A DNA stretch of 64,000 nt from Patescibacteria group bacterium (lineage in GTDB: Bacteria > Patescibacteriota > Patescibacteriia > Patescibacteriales > JAQTRU01). The translations under genes and the position numbers were made by a program. The notes under the pieces are model-generated. The model was not told the origin of the DNA. It saw only the letters and a list, made by a program, of their open reading frames with translations, and searched no databases. How positions within the stretch are numbered: position 1 is the stretch's first letter; each line of letters begins with the position of its first letter. The DNA is taken from the NCBI GenBank assembly GCA_028716725.1, contig JAQUPG010000003.1, forward strand, positions 11,512 through 75,511. The letters run 5' to 3'. Of the stretch, positions 1 through 8,750 are shown piece by piece.

Positions 1-586
1 TCGTTGAGGCCGGCGTCGTTTCATCCCCCTGATAAAGGGAGTTGGGAGGATTTTCTGCCGGCATTTCCGGCTCTTCGGCTGGCGAGGTTTGGGTTTCTTC
101 GTTGCCTTCTGCCCCGCTTTCAGATCCCTGATCTATCTCGACATCGCCGTAGCTAATTTTATCAATTTCTTGATCTAAATTATCTATAACTCTAATATAT
201 CCTCCACTATCAGCTAAACCCCAATTGGCTGAATGACGATAATTAGGTAATCTTGATAAACTATAATCTTTCGCCGCTAGTAAATAATATCCGGAAGAAA
301 AAATAATACCAACAGGTAAGCCGGAACTGCCAGTTCGATTTATCCAATTATCGCCCGTAGTTGATTTTGTCTGCAGTTTCCAACCCTCCAAATTAATCTC
401 CTTGCTAGTTGGATTATATAACTCTACAAATTCATCTCTGGCGCCACCTGGGCCATGAGTAGCAAAATTGCTAATAACTATATGATCAGCCGCCCAGCAA
501 CTCTCTCCCAAATAAAAAAATCCTGCTATAAATAACAAGATTAAAAAAACTTTTCCTGCCCGAAGCAGGCCCTCCTGTTTTTTCAT
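1..586 (-). CDS. Secreted lamin-tail-domain (LTD) protein, C-terminal part beyond window edge
   Basis: Not in ORF track because there is no stop in the window. Hand translation from the ATG (cat at 584-586): MKKQEGLLRAGKVFLILLFIAGFFYLGESCWAADHIVISNFATHGPGGARDEFVELYNPTSKEINLEGWKLQTKS... It has an N-terminal hydrophobic segment plus the DEFVELYNPT..L.GW.L signature of LTD domains. Confidence 0.6.
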   Translation of the reverse strand, partial: MKKQEGLLRAGKVFLILLFIAGFFYLGESCWAADHIVISNFATHGPGGARDEFVELYNPTSKEINLEGWKLQTKSTTGDNWINRTGSSGLPVGIIFSSGYYLLAAKDYSLSRLPNYRHSANWGLADSGGYIRVIDNLDQEIDKISYGDVEIDQGSESGAEGNEETQTSPAEEPEMPAENPPNSLYQGDETTPAST

Positions 587-592
587 ATAAAA

Positions 593-1558
593 TTATTTTA
601 CTTTATTTAAAACCTCCTTCAACTCCCCCGGCAAGTCTATCGTAAAAGTTTGTTTATCCCCGGCTAAATCATAAAACGACAATTTGTCCGCCACTAAGAA
701 AACCCGGCCTAAATTTAATTTTTTGTTCTGCTCTCTCGTTTTTTTCGTGCTGTATAAATCATCCCCCACAAGAGGATGCCCGTAAGAAAGCATATGGACC
801 CTGATTTGGTGAGTCCGGCCGGTTTTAATTTTAACTTTTAATAAAGTATAATTGATAAATTTTTTTATTATCTTAAACCCGGTAATGGCCCGCCTGACTC
901 CCGGCTTGTCAACGTTTTTTTCTTCCCTGTCGGTTATGGGCAGGGCCGCCATTTTCGAACCGTCGCTTGAACGCTTTAAGGGAAATAAAATATTGTCTTC
1001 GTCTTTGCCTATCTGGCCGTAAACCAAAGCCGTGTATTCTTTTTCCATTGTCCTTTTCTGGAACTGATTTTTTAAATTATTAAAAGAATCTTGAGTTTTG
1101 GCTATAACCACTAAGCCGCTCACTTCCTTGTCCAGGCGGTGGACAATTCCCGGGCGCTCCGGATCTTCACCGACTTTTTTCAGCTCCGGATATTTCTTTA
1201 CTAAAATCTCCGCCAGACTTTCTTCTTTAAAAGGATCGGTCCCGTGCATAACTAAACCCGCCGGCTTGTTTATTACCAAATATTCATCGGTTTCGGCAAT
1301 AATTTCCGGAAAAGAAAAATTTGATTTTTTAAAAATTAAAAAACTATCTTTGGCTGCCGGCCGGACGGGAGAAGAAACCATAATCTCATCGCCTTCTTTT
1401 AAATTATAGTGGGAAGAAACGATTTTTCCGCTTGCGGTAACCCCGCCCTGCTTTATTATTTTCTGAATCTGGCTGCGGGAAAAATCCGGCAACTGGCCAG
1501 CTAAAAATTTATCCAGGCGCTCGCCGGCTTGTTTAGTTGTTATTCTTAATTTCTCCAT
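593..1558 (-). CDS. rluD: RluA/RluD-family pseudouridine synthase
   Basis: 321-aa ORF with an S4-like N-terminus (RLDKFLAGQL..SRSQIQKII) and the catalytic HRLDKEVSGLVV motif. Confidence 0.85.
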   Translation of the reverse strand: MEKLRITTKQAGERLDKFLAGQLPDFSRSQIQKIIKQGGVTASGKIVSSHYNLKEGDEIMVSSPVRPAAKDSFLIFKKSNFSFPEIIAETDEYLVINKPAGLVMHGTDPFKEESLAEILVKKYPELKKVGEDPERPGIVHRLDKEVSGLVVIAKTQDSFNNLKNQFQKRTMEKEYTALVYGQIGKDEDNILFPLKRSSDGSKMAALPITDREEKNVDKPGVRRAITGFKIIKKFINYTLLKVKIKTGRTHQIRVHMLSYGHPLVGDDLYSTKKTREQNKKLNLGRVFLVADKLSFYDLAGDKQTFTIDLPGELKEVLNKVK

Positions 1559-1641
1559 ATAAATATTATATCATAAAAAAAGCGCCCCTACACAAAAAGG
1601 ACGCTCACTCTTAAAAAGGGACCCCCAATATTAAACTCAAA

Positions 1642-1917
1642 TTATACGGTTCTCTCTGACGATTCGAGAATCTCCATAATAATTAACGTACATCCGAATT
1701 CATGAGCTGATATTGGTGTAGAACCGCTAACACTAACTGGGATAAAATGACCCGATTCCGATTCTGTTACCATAACCTTATAATGACCACCCGGATCAAA
1801 GGGGAAATCGCTGGAACCAAAAGGCCATTTCTCACCGGCTAAGGCTTTAGCAATCTCTCCGGGGACTATTAATGAGCCATCATTCGACACTTCAACCATA
1901 AATTTCTTGCCAGCCAT
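1642..1917 (-). CDS. Hypothetical small protein (GC-richer, strong SD)
   Basis: 91-aa ORF. The minus strand reads cAAGGAGatgggcgATG, an SD 7 nt before the start. No recognisable family. Confidence 0.5.
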   Translation of the reverse strand: MAGKKFMVEVSNDGSLIVPGEIAKALAGEKWPFGSSDFPFDPGGHYKVMVTESESGHFIPVSVSGSTPISAHEFGCTLIIMEILESSERTV

Positions 1918-1933
1918 CGCCCATCTCCTTGTC

Positions 1934-3091
1934 TTAAATATTCATCATTTTTATAAACTCTTCCACCATTTTATCAAGATTGAAGGATTTGTCAACCAAT
2001 TCTTCGGCGTTTTTACTCAAATTAGAGCAAAGGCGCTTATTTTTATACAACTCTATAATTTTTTGGGCTAAAACTTCACTGTTATTGGCTTCGATTAAAA
2101 TTCCCGCCCTGTCTTCCGGGATTAAATCTTCAAAACCGCGGTTATAGAAACCGATTATCGGAAGGCCGGACGACATAATTTTTAAAACCGAAGCCAGGCA
2201 GGATAATTTCGGAGTTTCGCCGGTAATAACAAAAATATCAAAGCTGTCCGACCATTTTTTTAGGTTCCCCTGCTCGCTTACAAACCAAACTAAATTATCA
2301 ATCCCCAATTTTTTAGCCAGCCAAGATAATTTTTTTTCACCCTCGTCCTTTGCCCCCTTCCGGCCCTGCCCGACAACCATAACCTGCAGATTGGGAATAA
2401 CGGTTAGACTGGTTTTAACCGCTCTAAATAAATTTTCAATCTGGTGCGGCAAAGAAAAATCCGTAACCACGCCCAAGGTAAAAAATTTACGGGAAAAATT
2501 CGACTTCTCCGCTTTGGCTAAGTTGGAAAAAATATTTTGCTGATGCCCGGGCTCGCTTAACTTAAGGCCGGGAGGAATAATTTTTATCCGGCTCGCCGAA
2601 ACCCCGATATTTTTAAGCTGAGTTTCCGTTAAACTGACAAAGGGAGCAAGAACCGCCCAGTGGGAATAAAGGCGGTAAAAAAACAAAACTCCGAACGGCA
2701 TTTTTTTATAATCATTTTCCGGCAATTCCAACCAAATAACTTTCATCTTGAGCAAGGCCGCCAAAGGTGTAAAAATAATTTTCTCATTCCCGGCCATACA
2801 GATAACCGCCTTTATGCCCTTGCTATATTTAAGATAGGCCAGGGAGAAAAAATAATAAAAAAGTAAAAATGGGTAAATTAAAAGAAAAAGGAAAAAATAA
2901 AAACTGCTGGCAACCGCCGGGCCGAGATACGCTTTTTTTATTTTCCCGCAATTTTTTAAAAAGTCGTCCCCTGAGTCTGGCCGCGCCAAAAGAAAACAGA
3001 AAAAATACTCTTTCCGGCCCAGCTCGTTAAAAAGGTCAGATAACAGGAAGGACATTTCTTTTAGGGAGTTGGCTACTAAAATATTCATCAT
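1934..3091 (-). CDS. Glycosyltransferase, GT-B fold (family 1/4-like)
   Basis: 385-aa ORF. The C-terminal half (VVGQG...FVITGETPKLSCLASVLKIMSSGLPIIGFYNRGFEDLI) resembles the GT1 donor-binding domain. The N-terminal part is hydrophobic. Confidence 0.65.
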   Translation of the reverse strand: MMNILVANSLKEMSFLLSDLFNELGRKEYFFCFLLARPDSGDDFLKNCGKIKKAYLGPAVASSFYFFLFLLIYPFLLFYYFFSLAYLKYSKGIKAVICMAGNEKIIFTPLAALLKMKVIWLELPENDYKKMPFGVLFFYRLYSHWAVLAPFVSLTETQLKNIGVSASRIKIIPPGLKLSEPGHQQNIFSNLAKAEKSNFSRKFFTLGVVTDFSLPHQIENLFRAVKTSLTVIPNLQVMVVGQGRKGAKDEGEKKLSWLAKKLGIDNLVWFVSEQGNLKKWSDSFDIFVITGETPKLSCLASVLKIMSSGLPIIGFYNRGFEDLIPEDRAGILIEANNSEVLAQKIIELYKNKRLCSNLSKNAEELVDKSFNLDKMVEEFIKMMNI

Positions 3092-3108
3092 AAACGTGTT
3101 ACAAAGTA

Positions 3109-4560
3109 TTAGATTCTATTTTTTGTTTCTCTATTTAACAACACTAAAATTTCTTCTCTTGTTACACCTTTTAAAAAATACAAAGCCAAAAAATAAACCG
3201 CTGCGGAAAAACTTAAAGTCGAAAATAAGCCGCCGATACCGCCAGAGAATTGGTTCGGCAAAATCCAGAGAAAAACGGCCATAACTCCCGAAGCCAGAAT
3301 TGATTTAAATAAAACCTTAAAATTAAAAAAGAAACCGGCATATTTATAAACAAGGTAAAAAGCGGCCAAAGCGATAAAAAGCTCGCTGTAAACCGTCACC
3401 CAGGCCGCGCCCAGGTAAGAAAAGCGGGGAATAAAAATAAGGTAGCCGGCTAAAGCCGTTACGCTCGTAAAAAAATAAGCGCCGATTATCTTTTTCTGCT
3501 TGTCTAAAGCGATGATGGCATGGGAAAAAATGCAGCCGAAGAATATGGCCCAAGAGGCCAGCACCAAGATTTTAAGAACCGCTCCGGAAGCGGCAAAATC
3601 TCTTCCGGCGACAACAACCATTACCTCTTCGGCTAAAAATTGCGTCCCGACCACCAAAGGTACGGCCAAAATCATCATAAAATCAAAAGATTTCTGCAGG
3701 ACTTTTTTAAAAGAATCCATGCTTCCTCCGGCCCAATCAGCGGTTAAAACCGGCAAAATAATCCCGGCAAACATAAAAGGAATAGTGATTAAAACATCAA
3801 TCACTTTGTAGGCGGCGCCGTAAACCCCGACCTCGCCCGGCGTTTTTATTAAAGAAAGGATTAAAGTATCGGCTTTAAGATAGATAAGATTAAAGGCAAT
3901 AGTAATGGCCAAAGGCCAGGTCTTTCTGATAATTTCTTTCCAGATTAACCAGTCGAACTGAATTCTTAGGCGGACAAACCGCCAGGAAAATATGAATAGG
4001 AATAAAAAATTAATAGCCGAAGCGAAAACGGTGGCAAAAATTATTCCCAAAAGGCCGAGGTTCAGTTCAACCGCAAAAATAACGCCGGCGACCAGAACCA
4101 GCCGCCCGATAATTTCCGCAATGGAAACTTTATCCATCCTTAAATTTTTCTGGAACAGGCCGACAAAAATCTGGTTTAAAGCGATAAAGAAAAAAGAGAA
4201 AACCGCCACGGCCACCCCTAATTTAACTTCCGGGCCGTAAGGGAGAAAAATAATGGTAAGCGGCGCCAAAGCCAGAAAAAAGATGGCTGACACCAGGCGC
4301 AAAGTAAAAAGATTATTTAAAATTTTGCCCTCGTCAACTCCGGGCCGGCTGATCATCGCCGCCGTGACCAAAGTCAGGCCTAAATCAGCCAAAATCCCAA
4401 AAACGGACAAAAAAGTTATAATCGTGGTATATTGGCCGAAACCAATCAGGCCGAGATAACGGGTGATAACCGCCACCGCAACCAGGCCCAGAACCGTGGC
4501 CATAACCTTGCTTATTATCTGAATAACCGTATTGTAAAAAATCTTAGCCGATAGTCGCAT
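3109..4560 (-). CDS. Polysaccharide/lipid-linked oligosaccharide flippase (Wzx/MOP superfamily)
   Basis: Polytopic membrane ORF of 12 or more hydrophobic helices, with the typical MRLSAKIFYNTVIQIISK N-terminus. The ATG at 4560 is preferred over the GTG at 4620 listed in the track. Confidence 0.75.
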   Translation of the reverse strand: MRLSAKIFYNTVIQIISKVMATVLGLVAVAVITRYLGLIGFGQYTTIITFLSVFGILADLGLTLVTAAMISRPGVDEGKILNNLFTLRLVSAIFFLALAPLTIIFLPYGPEVKLGVAVAVFSFFFIALNQIFVGLFQKNLRMDKVSIAEIIGRLVLVAGVIFAVELNLGLLGIIFATVFASAINFLFLFIFSWRFVRLRIQFDWLIWKEIIRKTWPLAITIAFNLIYLKADTLILSLIKTPGEVGVYGAAYKVIDVLITIPFMFAGIILPVLTADWAGGSMDSFKKVLQKSFDFMMILAVPLVVGTQFLAEEVMVVVAGRDFAASGAVLKILVLASWAIFFGCIFSHAIIALDKQKKIIGAYFFTSVTALAGYLIFIPRFSYLGAAWVTVYSELFIALAAFYLVYKYAGFFFNFKVLFKSILASGVMAVFLWILPNQFSGGIGGLFSTLSFSAAVYFLALYFLKGVTREEILVLLNRETKNRI

Positions 4561-4656
4561 AAAAATGTGTTTTTTGTTATAATAATAATACAATCCGGAT
4601 ATTACCCTTAATACCCGCACCCCTCACGTTATATTTAAAATTATAACATAAACCTT

Positions 4657-5124
4657 ATGAAAATTACTAAAATCAAAAAACATCTTCTAGCCGCTTCCCT
4701 ATTATCCCTCCTTATCTTGCCTCAGCTGGCCTTAGTCCAGTTCTCATCTCCCTCCCCGGCCCAGGCGGCGGAAAGCAATTTATGGAAAAACCAAACCGGA
4801 GCGCAAATTATAGGCGGCCAGGCTTTCGGGGACGAAACGCCGAGGGACGTAAGGGAAATAACCGTCTTGGTAATAAAAGTTTTCTTGGGATTTTTAGGAT
4901 TGATTTTTCTGGTCTTAATTATTTCCGCGGGCTTTAAGTATATGACGGCCGCAGGCAATGAAGAGAAGATAACGGAAGCTATGAGCCAAATAAAAACCGG
5001 CGTAATCGGACTAATAATAATTATGGCTTCCTACGCCATCACTTCTTACCTTACTACCTGCGTCTTTAACATAACTAAACCAGGAAGTACGGTCTGGATG
5101 TGCCATAAAGATTTCAATAACTAA
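4657..5124 (+). CDS. TrbC/VirB2-like (T4SS-pilin family) small secreted membrane protein
   Basis: 155 aa. Signal peptide ending AQAAE, then two hydrophobic helices separated by the KYMTAAGNEEK loop. Confidence 0.45.
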   Translation: MKITKIKKHLLAASLLSLLILPQLALVQFSSPSPAQAAESNLWKNQTGAQIIGGQAFGDETPRDVREITVLVIKVFLGFLGLIFLVLIISAGFKYMTAAGNEEKITEAMSQIKTGVIGLIIIMASYAITSYLTTCVFNITKPGSTVWMCHKDFNN

Positions 5125-5195
5125 CCTCCGGAAAATAAGCCTCTGGCGGGAAAAACGGGATAAAATCCGGACTTAGTTTCTACGGCTACTTTTTT

Positions 5196-6194
5196 ATGCT
5201 TGAAATTATAAAAAAAACAAAAAAAATTCTTTTTATTTTAATAATTTCCCTGTTCTTGCTGCTGCTTTTGAGCCAGGGGAGAAATTACGACAAAAGCGAA
5301 CTGGAATATGGCCTGACCTTTTCTAAAAAGCAGGCCGCCAGCCTTGGCTTTGACTGGCGCCGGGTTTATACTTCAATTTTGGATGACCTCGGCGTGAAAA
5401 AATTAAGGCTGCCGGCTTATTGGAATGAGGTTGAGGGCAATGACAACGGATTCTGGTGGGAGGAAATGGACTGGATGGTGAATGAAGCGGTGAAAAGAAA
5501 CGCCGAAATGATTATTGCTGTCGGCGGCCGCCTGCCCCGCTGGCCCGAATGCCATTTCCCGGCCTGGGCGGAGAATCTATCCCCGGACGAAAGAGATAAA
5601 AAAATATTAGACTATATAGAGCAGGTTGTAAATAGATATAAAGACAATCCTAATATTATTGCCTGGCAGGTGGAAAACGAGCCCTTTCTTTCCCATTTCG
5701 GCGATTGCCCGAAGTTAGATAAAAAATTTCTGGATGCCGAAATTGCTTTGGTTAAGAAACTTGACGGCCGGCCCGTTGTCATAACCGATTCCGGCGAATT
5801 GTCCCTTTGGCTGGGAGCGGCCCGCCGGGCTGATATTTTCGGCACCACCATGTACCGCGACACTTACTCTAAGCTTCTGGGAAGGTATATCCATTATCCG
5901 ATTAACCCCGGGTTTTTCCATTTTAAAAAAAATATTGTCCGCCTGTTTGCCCACCCCCAAAAATGGATAGTAATTGAATTGCAGGCCGAACCCTGGGGCC
6001 CGATTCCCTACGAGAAGATGACGGAAGAGGAAAGGGCTAAAACTATGGACCTGAAAAAATTCAGGGAAATCCTGGAATTCTCCCGGCTCGCCGGCTTTAA
6101 GGAATTTTATCTCTGGGGAGCGGAGTGGTGGTATTGGGAAAAAGAAACTAACAATAACCCGGCGCTCTGGAATGAGGCGAAGAAATTATTTTAA
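5196..6194 (+). CDS. Membrane-anchored glycoside hydrolase, clan GH-A TIM barrel (GH5/GH42-like)
   Basis: 332 aa with an N-terminal TM helix. The WQVENEP catalytic-acid motif and W-rich barrel strands are present. Confidence 0.55.
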   Translation: MLEIIKKTKKILFILIISLFLLLLLSQGRNYDKSELEYGLTFSKKQAASLGFDWRRVYTSILDDLGVKKLRLPAYWNEVEGNDNGFWWEEMDWMVNEAVKRNAEMIIAVGGRLPRWPECHFPAWAENLSPDERDKKILDYIEQVVNRYKDNPNIIAWQVENEPFLSHFGDCPKLDKKFLDAEIALVKKLDGRPVVITDSGELSLWLGAARRADIFGTTMYRDTYSKLLGRYIHYPINPGFFHFKKNIVRLFAHPQKWIVIELQAEPWGPIPYEKMTEEERAKTMDLKKFREILEFSRLAGFKEFYLWGAEWWYWEKETNNNPALWNEAKKLF

Positions 6195-6305
6195 TAAATG
6201 GGATCTTTGGAATTCTGGGGACTCTTAGGATCTTTAGGGTATTTATAGCTCCTAAGAATCCCAGGAATCTTAACAATCCTAAGAGCCCCAATAACGCAGA
6301 TAGCT

Positions 6306-7175
6306 ATGGAAAATAATAAACACAACAGCCACGACTACGCCATCGGCGTTGACATCGGCGGCACCAACATGAAAGCCGTGCTTTTTGACGGGGAAAAAAT
6401 TATTGCCGATTATCTTCTGGCCACTCCCAAAGACAATATAAAACATTTTTCCATAATGCTTTCCGCTTTAATCGAACCTCTATTTAAAAAGGCCCGGGCG
6501 GACAAGGCGAAAGTAAAAGGCCTTGGCTTGGGCATTGCCGGCCTGATGGACCGATCCGAGAAAAAAATAATAAAATCGCCCAACATCCCGATTCTGGACG
6601 GGGTAAAAATTGCCAATCTGCTGAAAAATAAAACCGACCTGGCCGTAGAGCTTGATAATGACACCAATTGCTTCCTGCGCGCCGAAATTAAATTGGGCAT
6701 GGGGAAAAAATATAAAAATGCTTACGGCATAATTATCGGCACCGGCATCGGCGGCGCCTGGTGGCAGGGCGGGGAGATTTACCGGGGCAGCCACGGCGCC
6801 AGCGACGAACCGGGCCGGATGATTATTGATTTGGAAAATAATATTGAACTGGAAAAGGCTTACCAGAAACTGACGCAGAGCAACCCGGCTAATTTGGCCG
6901 AAGAAGCTTTTCGCGGGGACACTTTGGCCCAGAAGTCTTACGAGGAAATCGGGCACTGCCTGGGAATTGCTTTCGCCAATATCGTTAATCTGCTTGACCC
7001 GGAGGTAATTATTGTCGGCGGCAGCGTAGCCGAGTCAAGCGAATTATTCTTTTCCAAAATTAAAAAAATTATGCGCGGCTATATCATGCATCCGGAAGCC
7101 AAAAAAATAAAAATCCTTAAAGGCAAACTCGGCCAGAACGCCGGCGCCATCGGCGCGGCCTTGCTGATATTGTAG
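6306..7175 (+). CDS. ROK-family sugar kinase (glucokinase-like)
   Basis: Carries DIGGTNMK and IIIGTGIGGA ATP-binding motifs and a C-terminal GAIGAALL. Confidence 0.8.
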   Translation: MENNKHNSHDYAIGVDIGGTNMKAVLFDGEKIIADYLLATPKDNIKHFSIMLSALIEPLFKKARADKAKVKGLGLGIAGLMDRSEKKIIKSPNIPILDGVKIANLLKNKTDLAVELDNDTNCFLRAEIKLGMGKKYKNAYGIIIGTGIGGAWWQGGEIYRGSHGASDEPGRMIIDLENNIELEKAYQKLTQSNPANLAEEAFRGDTLAQKSYEEIGHCLGIAFANIVNLLDPEVIIVGGSVAESSELFFSKIKKIMRGYIMHPEAKKIKILKGKLGQNAGAIGAALLIL

Positions 7176-7190
7176 GCCCGTCAATTTTGT

Positions 7191-7219
7191 TTGACATCTT
7201 ATTACCCTTATGCTATTAT
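7191..7219 (+). promoter_or_regulatory. Sigma70-type promoter upstream of nusA
   Basis: TTGACA (7191-7196), a 17-nt spacer, then TATTAT (7214-7219). Confidence 0.6.
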
Positions 7220-7228
7220 CATTTATAT

Positions 7229-7267
7229 AAAGGCTAGTTGTTTAAATGACAATTAGCCTTTTTTCTT
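7229..7267 (+). terminator. Promoter-proximal intrinsic-terminator-like hairpin in the nusA leader
   Basis: AAGGCTAGTTGT/ACAATTAGCCTT forms a 12-bp stem (one G-U) with loop ttaaatg, followed by TTTTTCTT. It lies between the promoter and the nusA ATG at 7300. Confidence 0.5.
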
Positions 7268-7299
7268 ACTTTATTATTTAATAATAAATACTAAAAAAT

Positions 7300-8685
7300 A
7301 TGTCCGATCTATCAAGCGCCATAAAACAAATCTGCGAGGAAAAAGGCTTGGACGAAAAATCCGTTATTACCACGATTGAGTCGGCTTTAGCCGCGGCCTA
7401 TCGCAAAGATTTTGGCGAAAAAAACCAGAACATAAAAGTGGAATTTGACCCGGAAACCGGCAAGTCAAAAGTTTTTGACGTTAAAACCATAGTGGAAGAT
7501 ATGCCGCCCGAGGAAGAAACAGAAACAGTAGGGACGGCTGGACAGCTGTCCGATGATGCGTCTGAAGATGCAGGGGGAAAAAATCTTTTGCCCGACGCAG
7601 GCGTAGGGACAGCTGATGTAGGGGCAACTGGCCAGTTGCCCGAAACCGAAACCCCTGAAGAAGAGAAGCGGAAATTCAATCCCAAAACAGAAATCCAGAT
7701 AAGCGATGCCAAAATGATTAAAAAAACCGCCAAGGTTGGGGATGAAATAAAAACCAAGCTGGAAGTGCCGGCCGCTTACGGACGGATGGCCGCCCAGACT
7801 GCCAAGCAGGTTATTGTCCAGCGCTTGCGGGAAGCGGAACGCGAAATGGTTTTCGGGGAATTCAAAGATAAGGAAAAAGAAGTGGTGAGCGGCGTAGTCC
7901 AGAGGCACGAAGGCCGGTTTGTTTTGGTTGATTTGGGCAGGGCCGTCGGCTACCTGCCGGCCGAGGAGCAAATCTTCGGAGAAAAATATACTCCCGGGGA
8001 AAGGATAAAGGTCTATATAAAGGAAGTGCGGCTCGGCTCTAAGGGTCCGGAAATTATTTTATCAAGGACCTCGGACGAAATCCTCAAGAAAGTTTTTTAT
8101 CTGGAAATTCCGGAAATCTCCAATGGGTTAGTGGAATTAAAAGCCGTGGCCCGGGAAGCCGGCGCGCGCTCTAAGGTAGCCGTCGCCACCGATTCGGAAA
8201 ACGTTGACCCGATTGGGTCCTGCGTGGGCCAGCGGGGCTCCCGCATCCAGACGATTATTTCCGAACTGGGCGGGGAAAAAATTGATATTATCCAGTATGA
8301 TGAAAATCCTTCTAAATTTATCGGTAACGCCTTGTCTCCGGCTAAAATTATTTCCATAAAACTGGATGAGAAAGAAAAAAAGGCCTATGTAAAAGTTATG
8401 GCCGACCAGCTGTCTTTGGCTATCGGCAAAAACGGCCAGAACGCGCGGCTCGCCGCCCGCCTCACGGGGTGGAAAATTGATATTGGCGAAGCCAAAATTG
8501 AAAAGGAAGAAAAGGGCGAAGAAGGGAAAGAGGGGAAGAAGGAAAAAAAAGATGAAGAAAAAGAGGCCGTAGGGGCAGCTGGCCAGCTGCCCAAAAAGGA
8601 AAAGAAAGAAAAGAAAGAAAAAAAACCAAAAGAGAAAAAGGCAGAGACGCCCGATGATGCATCTAAAAAGGCAGAAACAAAATAG
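7300..8685 (+). CDS. nusA: Transcription termination/antitermination factor NusA with acidic and lysine-rich inserts
   Basis: The NTD, S1 (VVSGVVQRHEGRFVLVDLG) and two KH domains (GSCVGQRGSRIQ, AIGKNGQNARLAARLTGW) are recognisable. Confidence 0.9.
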   Translation: MSDLSSAIKQICEEKGLDEKSVITTIESALAAAYRKDFGEKNQNIKVEFDPETGKSKVFDVKTIVEDMPPEEETETVGTAGQLSDDASEDAGGKNLLPDAGVGTADVGATGQLPETETPEEEKRKFNPKTEIQISDAKMIKKTAKVGDEIKTKLEVPAAYGRMAAQTAKQVIVQRLREAEREMVFGEFKDKEKEVVSGVVQRHEGRFVLVDLGRAVGYLPAEEQIFGEKYTPGERIKVYIKEVRLGSKGPEIILSRTSDEILKKVFYLEIPEISNGLVELKAVAREAGARSKVAVATDSENVDPIGSCVGQRGSRIQTIISELGGEKIDIIQYDENPSKFIGNALSPAKIISIKLDEKEKKAYVKVMADQLSLAIGKNGQNARLAARLTGWKIDIGEAKIEKEEKGEEGKEGKKEKKDEEKEAVGAAGQLPKKEKKEKKEKKPKEKKAETPDDASKKAETK

Positions 8686-8750
8686 GCAATTTAACAATTT
8701 ATTCATTTAGCAATCTAGTCATTTAATAATTAATTTTAAAAACAACTCTT

